From Octopus bimaculoides (lineage: Eukaryota), in NCBI RefSeq assembly GCF_001194135.2, contig NC_068982.1, forward strand, positions 122,344,816-122,408,815: a stretch of DNA of 64,000 bases, written 5' to 3'. Shown here one piece after another: positions 37,481-51,061 of the stretch. Position 1 is the stretch's first letter. Each line of letters starts with the position of its first letter. A program made the translations under genes and the position numbers. The notes under the pieces were generated by a model. That model saw nothing but the letters and a program-made list of their open reading frames with translations, had not been told where the DNA came from and ran no database searches.

Positions 37481-39526
37481 TCTTTAAATCACATCCTAAT
37501 GTCTTAAAGGTTATATTGGATAATGTAGCCTCTGAATTATAAAATGATGGTATGGTCATGACTGAAACACCTTATATTTTAAGTTTGCTTGGTCAGGAAT
37601 GACTTGGGGCTAAACAACAACTTGAACTTTGAAGGAATTCAAAAAATTTGCATGTTCAACATATTGAATTCAGAACAGCTCATGAATGAAATAAAAATAA
37701 CTACAACACAATTGAATTTCCCAATCCTTACTGTCACAATGACTGAGCTATATATGAAGGTTTATTAATCAATAATTCTCTTGATTTTGTTTTGTTTTTA
37801 TTTATCAATGAGAAAGAACATAGTTGACTGTCAATGCAGGAATCCCTGCCTGTAGAAGAAGATTACTTGAATATTTAGTTTGAATTATAGTAGAATAGAT
37901 AATATCTGTATGGATATGGGTGAGGAAAAAATCTATTACAATTGCATTCACATCTAAGTTGCTTTTATAGAAATATTAAATTGACTCCAGTACTTGACTA
38001 GTTCTTTATTGATTTTAATAAAATGAAAGACAAAGTTGCCCTCGGAAGGATATGAACTAGGAATGTAATCAGTATCAGAGATAAAGAACTTGAGTTCATA
38101 GTCACTATCTAGCAGAGTTAGATAGTTAGTTACTGTAAACATGGAGAAGAAAAGTCAGTGTAAAATTGCATTAAGAAAGTTTTTATAGGAAGCGAATGGG
38201 TTTTTTTGAATGATATTTGATATGTTAATGAATAAAATATGGTTACGAGGAGGTTAGAATTAAAAAATACAAATACTGCATGCTATGGCAAAGTATATCT
38301 GAACCTTGTAAAGAAATAAATAGTTGCAGAAGGATATGTGTATATATGAATCAAAACAGTTTGATTCAGATTCTGTGCTACCTAAAGTTTCAAAGGTTGT
38401 GGAACTTATTGTTGAGCAGAGGAAATTTGTAATATATAAACTTTTGGGATTGAAAAGACAACTGTTCTTCTCAGCACAAGATTTACTAATTGGAGACATG
38501 GTGCCTTACACATGCAGCATCAAAGGACAATGATACAAATGATATTAAGAATTAATGAGTTGAGAGATATTTTATGACAACTGTTGACACATTACTTCTG
38601 CCAAGACTTCTCAGGGTTAAGGACCGCAGTTATAAAACAAACATTGGACCAACATAGCTAGCTTCTGATGTATCAGTTTCATAACTTACGATAGATCATT
38701 GCCTACAAAGACTACCTCATTCCATTGAACCTTTCTCAATTTGAGGTCAGCAAAAAATCACAGAGAAAATATAGCTTGAAAGGGTAATTTTATCATTCAG
38801 AAAGTAGCAATAATCAAAGCTTTTAGATATACAAATTGAGTTCATATATATTAGCAGAGACAGGATTTCTATTTCTTTCACAGTCTAATTAACACTATTT
38901 TTATTCCAACAGTTATTACTCTACTAGTTACACACAAAATGTTAAGTATCTGTACGTTGTTTTTACATAGATACGCAGTTATTGTAGGCTCCAGGCATTA
39001 GGCCCTATACTATTTATTGACAATAAGCCACAGCATATACATAGATTAAAATTGGGCCCTGAAAAACTACCTAGTGTACCCATGCCTAAAATTCTTAAGA
39101 TCACTGTCCAAGTATCATGACACCAGCATGAAAACATGTTATGGGTTTAACAACAGGTACTAAAAATAAGTTCAATGAAAGACATATCCTCCGGATAGGC
39201 AAAATAGGGTCTCCTTACATAGATTAAAACTATAAATATCAATTATTATATATAAAAACTAAATGATTTTGAAATAATTATAAAAAATAGTAATTTAATA
39301 CATAAAATTCATGTTTGCTTCTGGTATTTGAACTATTTTCTAGAGGCAGTATATTTCATGTAAGTAATTAAAAGATTAATAGTCTTAGTAGAGAGGTGAC
39401 TAAAAGTGTTTTTAAGAAAAGCATTCAATCGCAAAACATTACATCAAGAAGTTTGTCTAACCCACTCCAGCATGGATGAGTGAATGTAAACATGATGATG
39501 GTGATGCATCTTTCTCTCCATATATA

Positions 39527-39750
39527 TATCATCATCATCATCATCATCGTTTAACGTCCGCTTTCCATGCTAGCATGGGGTGGACGATTTGACTGAGGAC
39601 TGGTGAAACCAGATGGCAACACCAGGCTCCAATCTAATTTGGCAGAGTTTCTACAGCTGGATACCCTTCCTAACGCCAACCACTCAGAGAGTGTAGTGGG
39701 TGCTTTTACGTGTCACCCGCACGAGGGCCAGTCAGGTGGTACTGGCAACA
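39527..39750 (-). repeat. RTE 3'-end repeat abutting the trihelix/Penelope segment
   Basis: (cat)n-cgtttaacgtccgctttccatgctagcatgg...ccttcctaacgccaaccactc. Confidence 0.85.
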
Positions 39751-39781
39751 TACACATACACACACACACATACATCACCAC

Positions 39782-40020
39782 TGGGTAGAAAATGAAACCA
39801 GTGCACTGATAAACGTTTGGTACACTCACCATAGCGATTGTGTGAAAGCTAATGTCTATGGTAAAATTGCTGAAGAATTAGCGTCACAATCCTTTTATAG
39901 ATCTGTAAAACAGATCGAAAATAAAATTTAAAAAATCACAAGATCATTTCGTATTTTACAGATGCACATGGCAACACTAGAAGCCATACTAGTCAATGGA
40001 CGTAGTGCACCAACTGACCC
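39782..40020 (+). pseudogene. Myb/SANT-like trihelix DNA-binding domain remnant, one internal stop
   Basis: WVENETSALINVWYTHHSDCVKANVYGKIAEELASQSFYRSVKQIENKI*KITRSFR...LEAIL fits W-x3-ET-x2-LI-x2-W ... Y-x2-IA-x2-L-x5-RS-x2-Q-x3-K (Myb_DNA-bind_4/GT-1-like pattern). Confidence 0.7.
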
Positions 40021-40070
40021 AACTCGGCCTATTACACCAACACAGATGAAGGGACACGTCCACAGAATGA

Positions 40071-41075
40071 GATAACACTAACACCGAGGATGCCAACACA
40101 CCATCAGCAACAAAATCCCTAGTCACAGACTTGAGTGGGTCACTCTCCCATGAAGAACTAGAACTTCTCAGCCTGGGCCCTAAATTTATCTTGAGCCAAC
40201 AGCCGAATGAAAAAATCTTATTCAACCTGGAAGCCAACTTTTGTCGAACAGCATACCAGCTCAGATGGCTGTCAGTAATAAAGAAGAACAACAACACACC
40301 TGGCAAATTTCCTACGTACCAATTAGACAACCCACTCCACCCACACTCAAACACAAACTATCCAGATTGAAACAGTCTATTTCCAAAATCTTGAGGAAGG
40401 AATCGAAAATAACCCCAAACTTAACCAAGGTGCAACATAAAACACTGACTAAACTAAAAAACAAAAAACCTTGTATACTTACCATCAGATAAAGGAAAAG
40501 AAATCTGCGTGATTTCTCGTGGAATATATGATAGACTGGCTCAAGAACATTTAAGTAATGACAGACTATATTCTGAAGTGACAGATATAACTGCAACCAG
40601 GATTGAGGACCGAATTAATACCGCATGGATGGACATCCATACATACGGAGACAAATACATAATAAATTCAAGAACAACTTCATCACAAAGAACAGTAGAT
40701 TACCCAGATTTTATGACCTCATTAAAACACACAAGAATAGCAACACGATCCAGATTAGACCCATCGTCTCCAGTGTGGAAGGACCTCTATATAAAATATC
40801 CCGATTACTTTCTCATGTCCCGAAACCCATACCATCCACCTTTCCGGGACACATCAAGAACTCCGACGAAGTCATCAAAAGACAGCACCAATTACCCCTA
40901 GACAAACTCAGGCAAAACAGATACGCCTTTAGTCTTGATGTTGTCTCAATGTACACAATGATGCCAGCACACTCAGTGGTCAACCTATTGACTGACTGCA
41001 TAATAGCGTCCAACATCCAATGCTTCGAACAATAACAAAAAGACAACAAAGTGAGGACGTGATACGGATAGTGTT
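40071..41075 (+). pseudogene. Degenerate Penelope-like retroelement reverse transcriptase (N-terminal half, frameshifted)
   Basis: Successive + frames give LSHEELELLSLGPKF, NLTKVQHKTLTKLKN, YDRLAQEHLSN, LPRFYDLIKTHK, IRPIVSSVEGPLYKISRLL, HIKNSDEVI and FSLDVVSMYTMMP. These are characteristic PLE RT motifs. No YxDD or GIY-YIG is visible before the SINE and gap that follow. Confidence 0.9.
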
Positions 41076-41095
41076 ATATATATATATATATATAC

Positions 41096-41320
41096 CTTTA
41101 TTGCCCACAGGGGGCTAAACATAGAGAGGACAAACAAGGACAAAGGGATTAAGTCGATCACATCGACTCCAGTACGTAACTGGTACTTATTTAATCGACC
41201 CCAAAAGGATGAAAGGGAAAGTCGACCTTGGCAGAATTCGAACTCATAACGCAACGGCAGACAAAATACTGCTAAGCATTTCGCCCGGTGTGCTAACACT
41301 TCTGCCAGCTCGCCACCTTC
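41096..41320 (-). mobile_element. Young tRNA-derived SINE, same family as 48834-49045
   Basis: Reverse complement reads aaggtggcgagctggcagaagtgttagcacaccgggcgaaatgcttagc...gttatgagttcgaattc...cctttcatccttttggggtcgattaaataagtaccagttacg...tttagccccctgtgggcaataaag. Confidence 0.85.
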
Positions 41321-43831
41321 ATATANNNNNNNNNNNNNNNNNNNNNNNNNNNNNNNNNNNNNNNNNNNNNNNNNNNNNNNNNNNNNNNNNNNNNNNNNNN
41401 NNNNNNNNNNNNNNNNNNNNNNNNNNNNNNNNNNNNNNNNNNNNNNNNNNNNNNNNNNNNNNNNNNNNNNNNNNNNNNNNNNNNNNNNNNNNNNNNNNNN
41501 NNNNNNNNNNNNNNNNNNNNNNNNNNNNNNNNNNNNNNNNNNNNNNNNNNNNNNNNNNNNNNNNNNNNNNNNNNNNNNNNNNNNNNNNNNNNNNATATAT
41601 ATATATATATATATAAAGCAATATTTGTTCCAGAGACATTTTATTTCATATAAATGTATATAAGGGTAATAATGCCTGTTGTAAGAGGCAACTAAAAGGT
41701 TGTGTGTTAGGGAGAGCATCTCAGTGTAAAACAAAATGACCAGTCTAATCCATATCACCATGAAAAAAGAAAATTATGATGATAACAATGAATGTGTATA
41801 TTATATATGTAATATTTTTTTTTCTTTGTTGTTAAAATATTTCTATACATTTGTGGATAATTTACTTGATAAACACTATACCCTCTACCTGGAATACTTA
41901 CAGCACATGCCTGAAAAGAGAAATGACTACTTTTTAATGTTTTGCACACACACAAAACTATTTATTCAACAACATCCTACACAAAACAGAGTGCCTATTG
42001 AGGTGGAAACGAGTCCACCACTGTCCTTTTGTCTCAAAATAATCAGATTGCTTTTTCTTTAATGGCATATTTTAGAGAATTCTTAAATCTAGAAATAATC
42101 ACGAAGTGATTATTTTACATTCTCTAGAAATTTGTTCAAATCCAAACTATTGGTCATTGATCTATTTTCTCAAGCCTGTTTTGAAACCATGTAGTTTTGG
42201 GTTCAGTTCCACTGCATGGCACCATGGAGAAATGTCATCTAAGATAGCCCTGGGTCAACCAATATCCTGTGAGTAAATTTAATAGATGGAAACTGTGTGG
42301 AAGTCCATTGTGTATATGTGGGTGCTTGTTCCCCTCCCACTGCTTGACAACAGGTGTTGGTTTGTTTACATCACTGACAGTGGTTTGGAAATGAAACCAA
42401 CATAATAAGTACCAAATTTAAAAAATAAGTACTGGAATCAATTCATTCAACTAAAACATTTGAAGGCAGTGTCCCAGCATGGCCACATGCCAATGACAGA
42501 AACAAGCACAAGATAAAATGGTGTGTATTGTGTATTTTCTTCCATGGGTTGAGATTTTTTGGTATACATTTGTAGACAACATGATTCTAGAAAGAAAGAA
42601 TGTGTTGTCTTCATTGATGGTGACTGAATCACACCCTTCTTGCTAGATAGACATGTTAACTATTACACAGGTATGTGGCCAGCTTTTCTCTTATTTACAC
42701 AAAAAGTATTTATTTCTTTGAGATTTTAATTCATCACCATAGATACCTTTTCTCCAGTTCATTTAGAATTTTACTTAACTCTGTTTAGGCAAAAGATGAA
42801 TCTCCTACTCACATGGCAATATATGTAAGTCTAATATACCATCTAGTTTAACACCACCACCATCTGGTTTTCGGGTTTCTTTAGCTGGATTGAGTTATAA
42901 GCATTTGAAATAAGATGCACACATACGATTACAAAAACCACTTGCTGAAGAAGCCACATGTTGAGACTGAACCTGAAACCATGTGATTGCAAAGCATAAT
43001 TGACTACACAGCTACTCTTGTACAATGCATGCATTAGTTATTTGGTGGAGATATTTAAATTCTAATAGTGTTTTTGTTTTTGTTCCCTTGGATATTTTAA
43101 TGTTATTTTGTACAATTTTTCCCGACAACATGCATTCATTAACATTGTTTTACACAGCTTTTCCTTGCTGGCATGATTAGATGGGTTTTTCATAGCTGGA
43201 TGCCCTTTGTGTTGCCAACTCTTTTAAGATGCCTCTGATGATATAGAGATGTGTACTTATTCTAAACCAGGATATACATAGTATTGTTGAGCACACATAT
43301 TGTTTAATGCAGTTTCAATATGCAGCTCTTTGAGATGTGCACACACTACTTTTCACACAAACACACTTCTGTATAGAGTATGAATATATATATTTGTGTA
43401 TATATGAGCGTGTGAATGTGTGGTGTATGTATGCATGTAAGTGACAATATTTTTCTGCAGTAAACAGGCTTACAAACTATATTTAAGTCTTTTGTTACAG
43501 TCAACAACTAAGATAATTTAGATATGCGTTTGTAATTCAGGTTATCAAACTCAAGCATATAAAACGTCTGTGTGGTAGCGATAAACTTACAAATCAGAAA
43601 TGAATTGTTGTAAAGTTAAGTGGTCTGGACAAATATAAAAATGAGCTGAAACTCATGTAGAAATGTTAGATATATGAAGATACTACCCTCAAGTAAGAAT
43701 AGAGAGAGAAATATCAAAAACAATATATAAAAACACCGAAAATTAGGTGAATTCTAAATTTCAGTCAATGCTTATTAATTTAGGGATTATATATCATTCC
43801 AGAATCTGTTCACTTGACAAACTTAGTTTTT

Positions 43832-43874
<43 letters not shown>

Positions 43875-46800
43875 GAGAGAGAGAGAGAGAAGCTGCACTC
43901 AGATTAATTTGAATTAGCAACTATTTCATGTCTACGCCACCTTGTTACCAACACCACCATTTCACAATGCCAACAGAAAATAATAAAGAAGAATGTAAAA
44001 ATTTTAACTGTGGCTTGAAAAGAACATTCCATAAAAATTATGACAAAATACTGAGGTCATTCATTTCAAGATAAGATTTTCTCCAGGGCTAATCTGTACA
44101 ACACTGCTTATATAAACTAACTTCTGAAAGATTAACATCAAGAAAAATAAAACAAAATAGGAAGCCCTATTGAAGTTAGTGCCCCACCCTTTCTTTCAGC
44201 ATTATGTTAGGATCCTAAAGCAAGCTTAAAATTGTATTGTAAGAGGTATGCAGGTAGCTATACTATACACCACTAGCTTGCCAAGAGACCAGCATGACAA
44301 ACAAGCTGTGTGATATTACCTGGCCAGACAACTACCTGCTTGCTTGACAACTTTACAAAACTAGTAGCAAGCCAGTAAGAAAAGTGCACAAGCAAGAAGA
44401 ATAACATAGAAACAGAGAAATGGATGAAGTGACCACCCAAGTCAGTCATAGTAACATCAACAATAGAGACAGTGGGGTGGTAGATGAGATATGAGATCGT
44501 TATGTTTAGTGTCAATGATGACAGCAATTATGGCTGTTCAAAGTAAAAGGAAAAAGAACTGGTCCTGACAACAACAGTAGCTTCAGCTCTGTCAATGTTC
44601 CTCCCATTAATAACTGTAAGAAGTAGTGTAGTTCAACTACTACTTATATTTACTGTTTTATTTACTTTGCAACAGCTGTTTCTCAAATTCATAAACAAAA
44701 CATTACACAAGATATTTACATATAAATGTCTGTGAAAAAGCCCCTCCCCCTGTCACCCATTAAGCGATCAGAGAAATATGAAGTGCAAAGTGGTTCATTT
44801 TATATTTACTTAGTTACTATAAAATGGTGGTGCAGCCAGACAAAGATAAACAGCTGCATTAACATAATGTATTCAAGGGTATATATAATAGGGAAACATT
44901 ATCATACTAGCTTTAATTACATTCTGAAACAAATCTCTTTCTGTAAGTTTAGCAGTTGGTTGTCTGAAGGCTTTAGTCATACAATTAACATAGTAAGAGA
45001 ATATTTTAATAAATTAAAAGAATATTTGTTTGTCTTGTAATACTGGTCCAGGTCAAACTAGAAACAATGTTACAAGGGATGAAGTCAAAGATAATATTAC
45101 AAGAAACAAAACAAAAAAAAAAATCATTAGCAGTAGGATAGCTAAGGGAAATAGTTCATGCCACTAGCCCACTTGAATTAAGATAACCCGATGTCCTCAA
45201 TGTCATATACACACAAAACTATGATAAAGAAATTTCCCTTTGAGTTGGAGAAAGAAGTCAAGAGTCTTGCAATACCTCAGTGACTCTCAGATAAAAAGGA
45301 TATAATTAAAAAAAAAAAAAATTAATCAATTTCAGAAAGTTACATGATTAGAGGGGAAACCTGACAGCTGACAAAGTTTTTATATAACTGTACACGAAGT
45401 GTAGCCTATCTTGAGCCTGCTTGATTAGTTGAAAAAGATTTTTACCTCATAGAGTTATGAAGATTTAAACCCAGTAGTAACTTGTATGATTAAAAAATAA
45501 AATGGGCTGAAAGAAATAACTCACATGGATCATTGGTAAGTTTGGATATTAATTGAAGATTGATGTACAGATTGACATGCAAAGAAATTCTTAGTTCCAA
45601 TAAATAAATAAATAAATAAAAGAAGGTAACTGTTTTGCAATTTCAGTTGGAGTGGCAGAATGGCTTCAACTTTAAGATTTGAAACTTTTGTTGAGAACTC
45701 AGTCACAAAAGCTGTACTCAGGAAATTTTTGTAGAAAAACCTACATTCCATTCAGGGTATGGCTCCCTACACAAAATGCTGTTTTACTGGAACCTTTTGC
45801 ACACACCATTGAGTCTAATTGGGGCATCTGTCAGTTAGGAGATTGAGCATATATCTACACTTGTATGGTCAGGTCAGAGCACAGTTTATTTCTTGTTTTT
45901 AAAGAATATCTGGGAGTTACTTATGTCTGTAAGCCTCCCTCTCTAAACAACTGTTTTAAGAAAAAGACTGCTGCAGCTTAGTACCTGTGTTGTCACAGGT
46001 ATTGCATTCATGTTGCAAACAACCTAAAGAGATACTGTATGGCATCTATCCAGACATTAACAGTTTTGCTAATCTACCACCATGGATTGCTTTTATGTTG
46101 ATCCCCAAAAGAATAAAAGGCAAAGTCAACCTTGGCAGTATTAGAATGTAGATCTCAGAGAGCAGAACATGTGGCATTTTATACAATACTTAATTGACTC
46201 CCAACTTGTCCTCATCATTTAATGCATTATCCCTTAACTATTTTGTTAGTGATTCACTCCGAGTTATTTCTTTTAGCTCATATTATTTTTCTGTTTAACT
46301 AATTACTAATGAGCCAAATATCTCCATCAGTCTTTATACATAAAAACCTTTATCAATGAATGAATAAATATTTTATGTAAGACTGCTAAATGGAGTCAGT
46401 TGGTTTTTATATTTATGCACAGTTAGGAATATTTGTCAATGGAGTAATAATGGGAAAAATGCAAGTTGTGACTAGCACTAGGAACACACAAATGTTCCTA
46501 CAATATTGCAGGTCTTACATATCATCAAATACAGACAACACTTTTACAAGAGAGAAAAACCCTTTGCTAATGTTTAGTCTCAGCACAACCTTGCTCAATC
46601 AAACAGACTATGATCAAAAGTATTTCAGCAATAGACATCAAGAATAAGATGCATTCAAGAAGTATCTGACTTTATTTTCCCCCTGCCAAAACTAATGCTG
46701 TATGGGAAAAATCCTTTGGGTGAGAGGTGATTTCACCCTTTGTATGCATGTGAAAAATTTTGCACCAGTAGGCCACATCAGTTCCTGGTTGTTATATCTA

Positions 46801-47929
46801 TAGTACAGACACTGAATAAATTGAGCAGAGATATGGCATCAAGTTTTGTCAAAAGCTTGGTGATACTCAAAACATCCAGCAGATTGTGTGAACTAAAGTC
46901 AGAGTTGCCATGTAGCAAAAACCAGTTCACAAATGATGACCATTAAATAAATATTTTATTTACCTTAGGAAGGGTTAATAAATGAAGTTAATCACTCAAA
47001 GTTCTGGATTTGTGAATGGGTAAGAATGATTACTGACTAAAAGGAAGAGAGAAATAGCAAACTGTGAAAGAAGGAAGTGAAATTAGGACAAAAATAACTG
47101 TTGGTTATGAACTCAGCTTATCAGAAATTTACTTTGCATTCAGAAATGCTCATAATAGAACGAATATAAAGGAACTTAAAAACTTTTTTCACAAATAAAT
47201 TTGATGAATCACCCAAAAATTACTAGAAGAATCTGATGCTAACCAGAAAAGTAACCGCCAGTGTGGATCATAGAAAAAAAGGCAAGCCTTGATTTAAAGA
47301 AAAGCATTCAGTACATTTTCATTTAATTTTTTGCTTCAGCCAAAAATTTCACTCAACATAGCTTTACTAGTAGAACAGGTGAATTACAGGTAGTTGGTCA
47401 AAGAAAATATTTGTTCACCTGCTTAGATAGTAAAAGATAAGTAAGTAACAGCTTCATAATTTTAAAATAGTCCTCTTCTAGTGTCATCATCAGAGATCAG
47501 ATGCCATTTAGAGATTGGTATAAGTTATGACCATCAACACAAACTTCATTATAACAGTAGTTATAAAGTGAGAGATGTAGTTTAGATGACTAATGAGAAA
47601 ATGTTTGACAATTTAGTTATGTCATTTTTAAAGAATGTCATTAAAAAAAAAAATCTCTTCTGAGAGATTTCAATATTAATATTTGAACTAAAGAAAGAGC
47701 CTCAACATAGGTGCTTGATCTGCTATAACATAACAGCCAAAACTCCTGTGGGTTAAATTATGGAAAGAACATTGAATAATATAGTTTTACTCCTAAAATG
47801 ATAAGCACGTCTTGAATTTTTATCACTAGTCTACTTGTTTAGAGCTAAGTTGGGAGGCTACATAAACTACAAAGATAATATTCTTATTAAAGTTTATATA
47901 TATATATATCCTTATTCAGGGCTTCATCA

Positions 47930-48175
47930 CTCCTGAAGGAGGAGCCTCTCCCTGTACTCCTTCCACCAGTTTGCCTCTGGCCAGTCGTGGCCATATATGC
48001 CCCAGGTAGCAGATGATATCATCTCACCACTGTCTTTGATTGACCTCTTGATCTTTTTCATGGTGAGCTTGTCTTGTTCATTGTCACCCCAATTGTCCAT
48101 TTGTTGTCCTTCAGTCACATGATGTGGCCAACCCATCTGTATTTGTTCTCCTTGATGGTTTTTTTGCTGTCATCA
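47930..48175 (-). mobile_element. RTE LINE ORF2 C-terminal fragment
   Basis: An alternative minus frame reads IKENKYRWVGHIM*LKDNKWT...KRSRGQSK, matching the RTE C-terminal RW.GH..R..D.RW...KR.RGRP pattern. Confidence 0.7.
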
Positions 48176-48833
48176 ATAGAATTATAAGTCTTCACCATAA
48201 ATTGACAAAATAAAATAGTGTAATTCAGGGCATATAAGACCCTGCAACAGAAAAAAAAAATGTGCATTAATATGAGTACTAATGTACATTTTCATCCACT
48301 ATGGAGGTTTATATGTCCTAATATTAGACTATTTTTTACGGTCAATATATGATGAAGGCTTATAATTCTATTTACACACAAACACATCCATGCTCATACT
48401 CTTATATTTACCAATTTCTATCACCATACTTTCACTCATCAACAAACATGTAGCTACTTCTCACTCTCTCCTCTAACTCCCTCTCACCCAGTCAGTTTCT
48501 TCCATCATTATCCAGTACACACTGTAAGGTAGTTAGTGTTAGGAAGAACACCCAGCAATAGAACCATGCCAAAAACATCAGATGAATCAGACATGGCCCT
48601 CTGATCTAAGAGAGCAATAACTCTGCCTAAGAACTGACTCAGATATAATGACATGGCCAATCCATATCACCATGAAACGTAAATGTAGAATGATTGATAC
48701 TAAGAAGTCACAAAACCTCACACTGACTTCAATACATAACACAAACTTGGGAGTTAACAATGTTTTCTTTCTTTTTTTCTTAATATTGATAGAAACACAA
48801 AAATATCAAATAACAGCTACGTGAATGAGAATA

Positions 48834-49045
48834 AAGGCGGCGAGCTGGCAGAAACGTTAGCACGCTGGGCGAAATGCTTAGCGGTATTTTGTCTGCTGCT
48901 ACGTTCTGAGTTCAAATTCCACCGAGGTCGACTTAGCCTTTCATCCTTTCAGGGTCGATAAAGCACCAGTTACGCACTGGGGTCGATGTAATCGACTTAA
49001 TTTGTTTGTCCCCTCTATGTTTAGCCCCTTGTGGGCAATAAAGAA
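48834..49045 (+). mobile_element. Young tRNA-derived SINE, Nin/Deu-like domain
   Basis: aaggcggcgagctggcagaa (A-box-like), gttctgagttcaaattcc (B-box-like), gcctttcatcctttcagggtcgataaa. Near-complete inverted copy at 41096-41320. Confidence 0.85.
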
Positions 49046-49130
49046 TATGAATGAGAATACATAATATAGCCTTGTAAATAAAATATTTTAATTAAAACTA
49101 AGATGTAATCAATACTTTCCAAACAATTAA

Positions 49131-49493
49131 GGCACAGGAGTGGCTGTGTGGTAAGTAACTCACTTACCAACCACATAGTTCCGGGTTCAGTCCCACTGCG
49201 TGGCACCTTGGGCAAGTGTCTTCTACTATAGCCTCAGCCGACCAAAGCCTTGTGAGTGGATTTGGTAGATGGAAACTGAAAGAAGCCTGTCATATGTGCG
49301 TGTCTGTGTTTGTCCCCCCCTACATCGCTTGACAACCGATGCTGTTTACATCCCTGTAACTTAGCAGTTCGGCAAAAGAGACCGATAGAATAAGTACTAG
49401 GCTTACAAAGAATAAGTCCTTGGGTCAATTTGTTCGACAAAAGGTGGTGCTCCAGCATGGCTGCAGTCAAATGACTGAAACAGATAAAAGAAT
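49131..49493 (+). mobile_element. Full-length CORE-type tRNA-derived SINE (octopus OR-like)
   Basis: tRNA-like head (ggagtggctgtgtggtaag ... ccgggttcagtccc), CORE-like ccttgggcaagtgtctt, (GT)n spacer, tail ...gactgaaacagataaaaga. Related copies at about 7135-7310, 32300-32710, 42180-42520, 53878-54290 and 57190-57450 (+), and 17590-17910 and 60290-60430 (-). Confidence 0.85.
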
Positions 49494-51061
49494 ATTTAAT
49501 GCAGAGAGCATTAAAAATGCAACTAGAAATAATGGGAGACAACTCCAGACATATTTTAGTCTTATGACCTTATCAATGATGAATAGACTTGACTGTATTT
49601 ACTGAAGTAGCGATGCAAGAATCACTAGGTACAAACTTTCATACCAGTTGATGGAGAAAAATAGAAATGCTTTGAAAATGAATAGCTCAGGATCACTATA
49701 GACATAAAAAATAAAAATTACACAAGTGATAACATATTTAATAATGTAACTGAAAAAATTGCAAAACTAAAGAAAATGTTCAACTTTCTAATACGGAGTC
49801 TCATAACTTCACCTTGTCATACATATATACATTCATCATAACTCATTATTTTCAACCTAATACTTAGAGAAGGACTGTTTTTTTCAATTTTCTAGCTGTT
49901 GTTTTTAAACTGGCACAAGACATACACTTATATATATAACAGGCCTCTACCAAACCTGTAGAAGTTAAACTGTTAGCTGTAGTCTCTAGAGAAAAGTGCT
50001 ATTCATTTACTTCAAAATGGTTTTCCATAACCAAAATTATAAAATAGGATTGATAACAGTTTGTACATAAAGTACTTCATCAATAAAGAAATTCAAGAGA
50101 AGCATTTACCGTCTAAATTTTAATTAAACCAGATAAATGAATAACACCAAAAATACTTAGTGTTAGCCATAACATCTTAAAATGAAAGCATTTCAGATTA
50201 ATCAACTACACTTGAAAAAATCCTGCCAAGAACAATTCCTGGGTCAGAGTAGACTGGACATGACATGGAAATCAACCAATGAGAGGCCTAATTAACTAAA
50301 CAACAAACAGCAAGCATTATTCTTAATGCTACAATTCAGTTGCTTTTATGGAACTCTGGTTTACGAAAATTACTTTTTCAGTTAATTAATTTAACCATTT
50401 CACTGACACCAATAAAGCAAATAGTGTCATAATAGCATCATTTACTATTATTAAATAGTTCCATTCAGTGAAATTTTTGATAATAAATTTTTTTTTTAAA
50501 GTGCATTAAGGTAATTTTAACCCTTTGCCTGTCCTGTGTATTATCTGATATACACAATGTATTTTCCAAATATCCATGCATTAAATATGATACACATTAC
50601 CTATCTTTTTCAACTATCAGAATAATTTGCAACTTATGAAAGGAAAGCTTTACATTGGTAGCGAGGAACAAGAAGCCAGCGCCATTTGGTATGAGATCTC
50701 ATCGGTAGCCATTACCATGTCCAAAACAGGAGCAAGATCTCACCTGCAACCATTTGCCATGTGCGAGACGACAGCGAGACTCTTGTTGGCAATTACTATT
50801 TAAGCAGGAGAATTAAGACATTCTCTTGCTTCCTTCTTGCTTACGCTGAGAAACACTGCGAAGCTGGCAGCTCACGGCAGACTCTTATCCTGCTCTAACT
50901 TCACCTGTTCTCTCCAGAGGTAATGCACCTCACGTGAAGAGCTGTAACGAACCACGTGCTGCCATAAAGATGGTCACTGGGAGTGACCACATGAACGAGA
51001 ACTAAAAATAAATGACTATTGAATTGCACTCTGCTTGTAAACTTCTTCGTCGTGTTCTAGA

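Noticed and set aside
38260-38499. ORF ending ...NYLFLYK|GTTCAG as the missing beta-1 exon
   Set aside because: Weak donor and no convincing similarity apart from the final K.
47927-48136. 69-aa ORF as CLIC first exon
   Set aside because: No CLIC similarity, it ends in a stop rather than a donor, and another frame matches an RTE LINE C-terminus.
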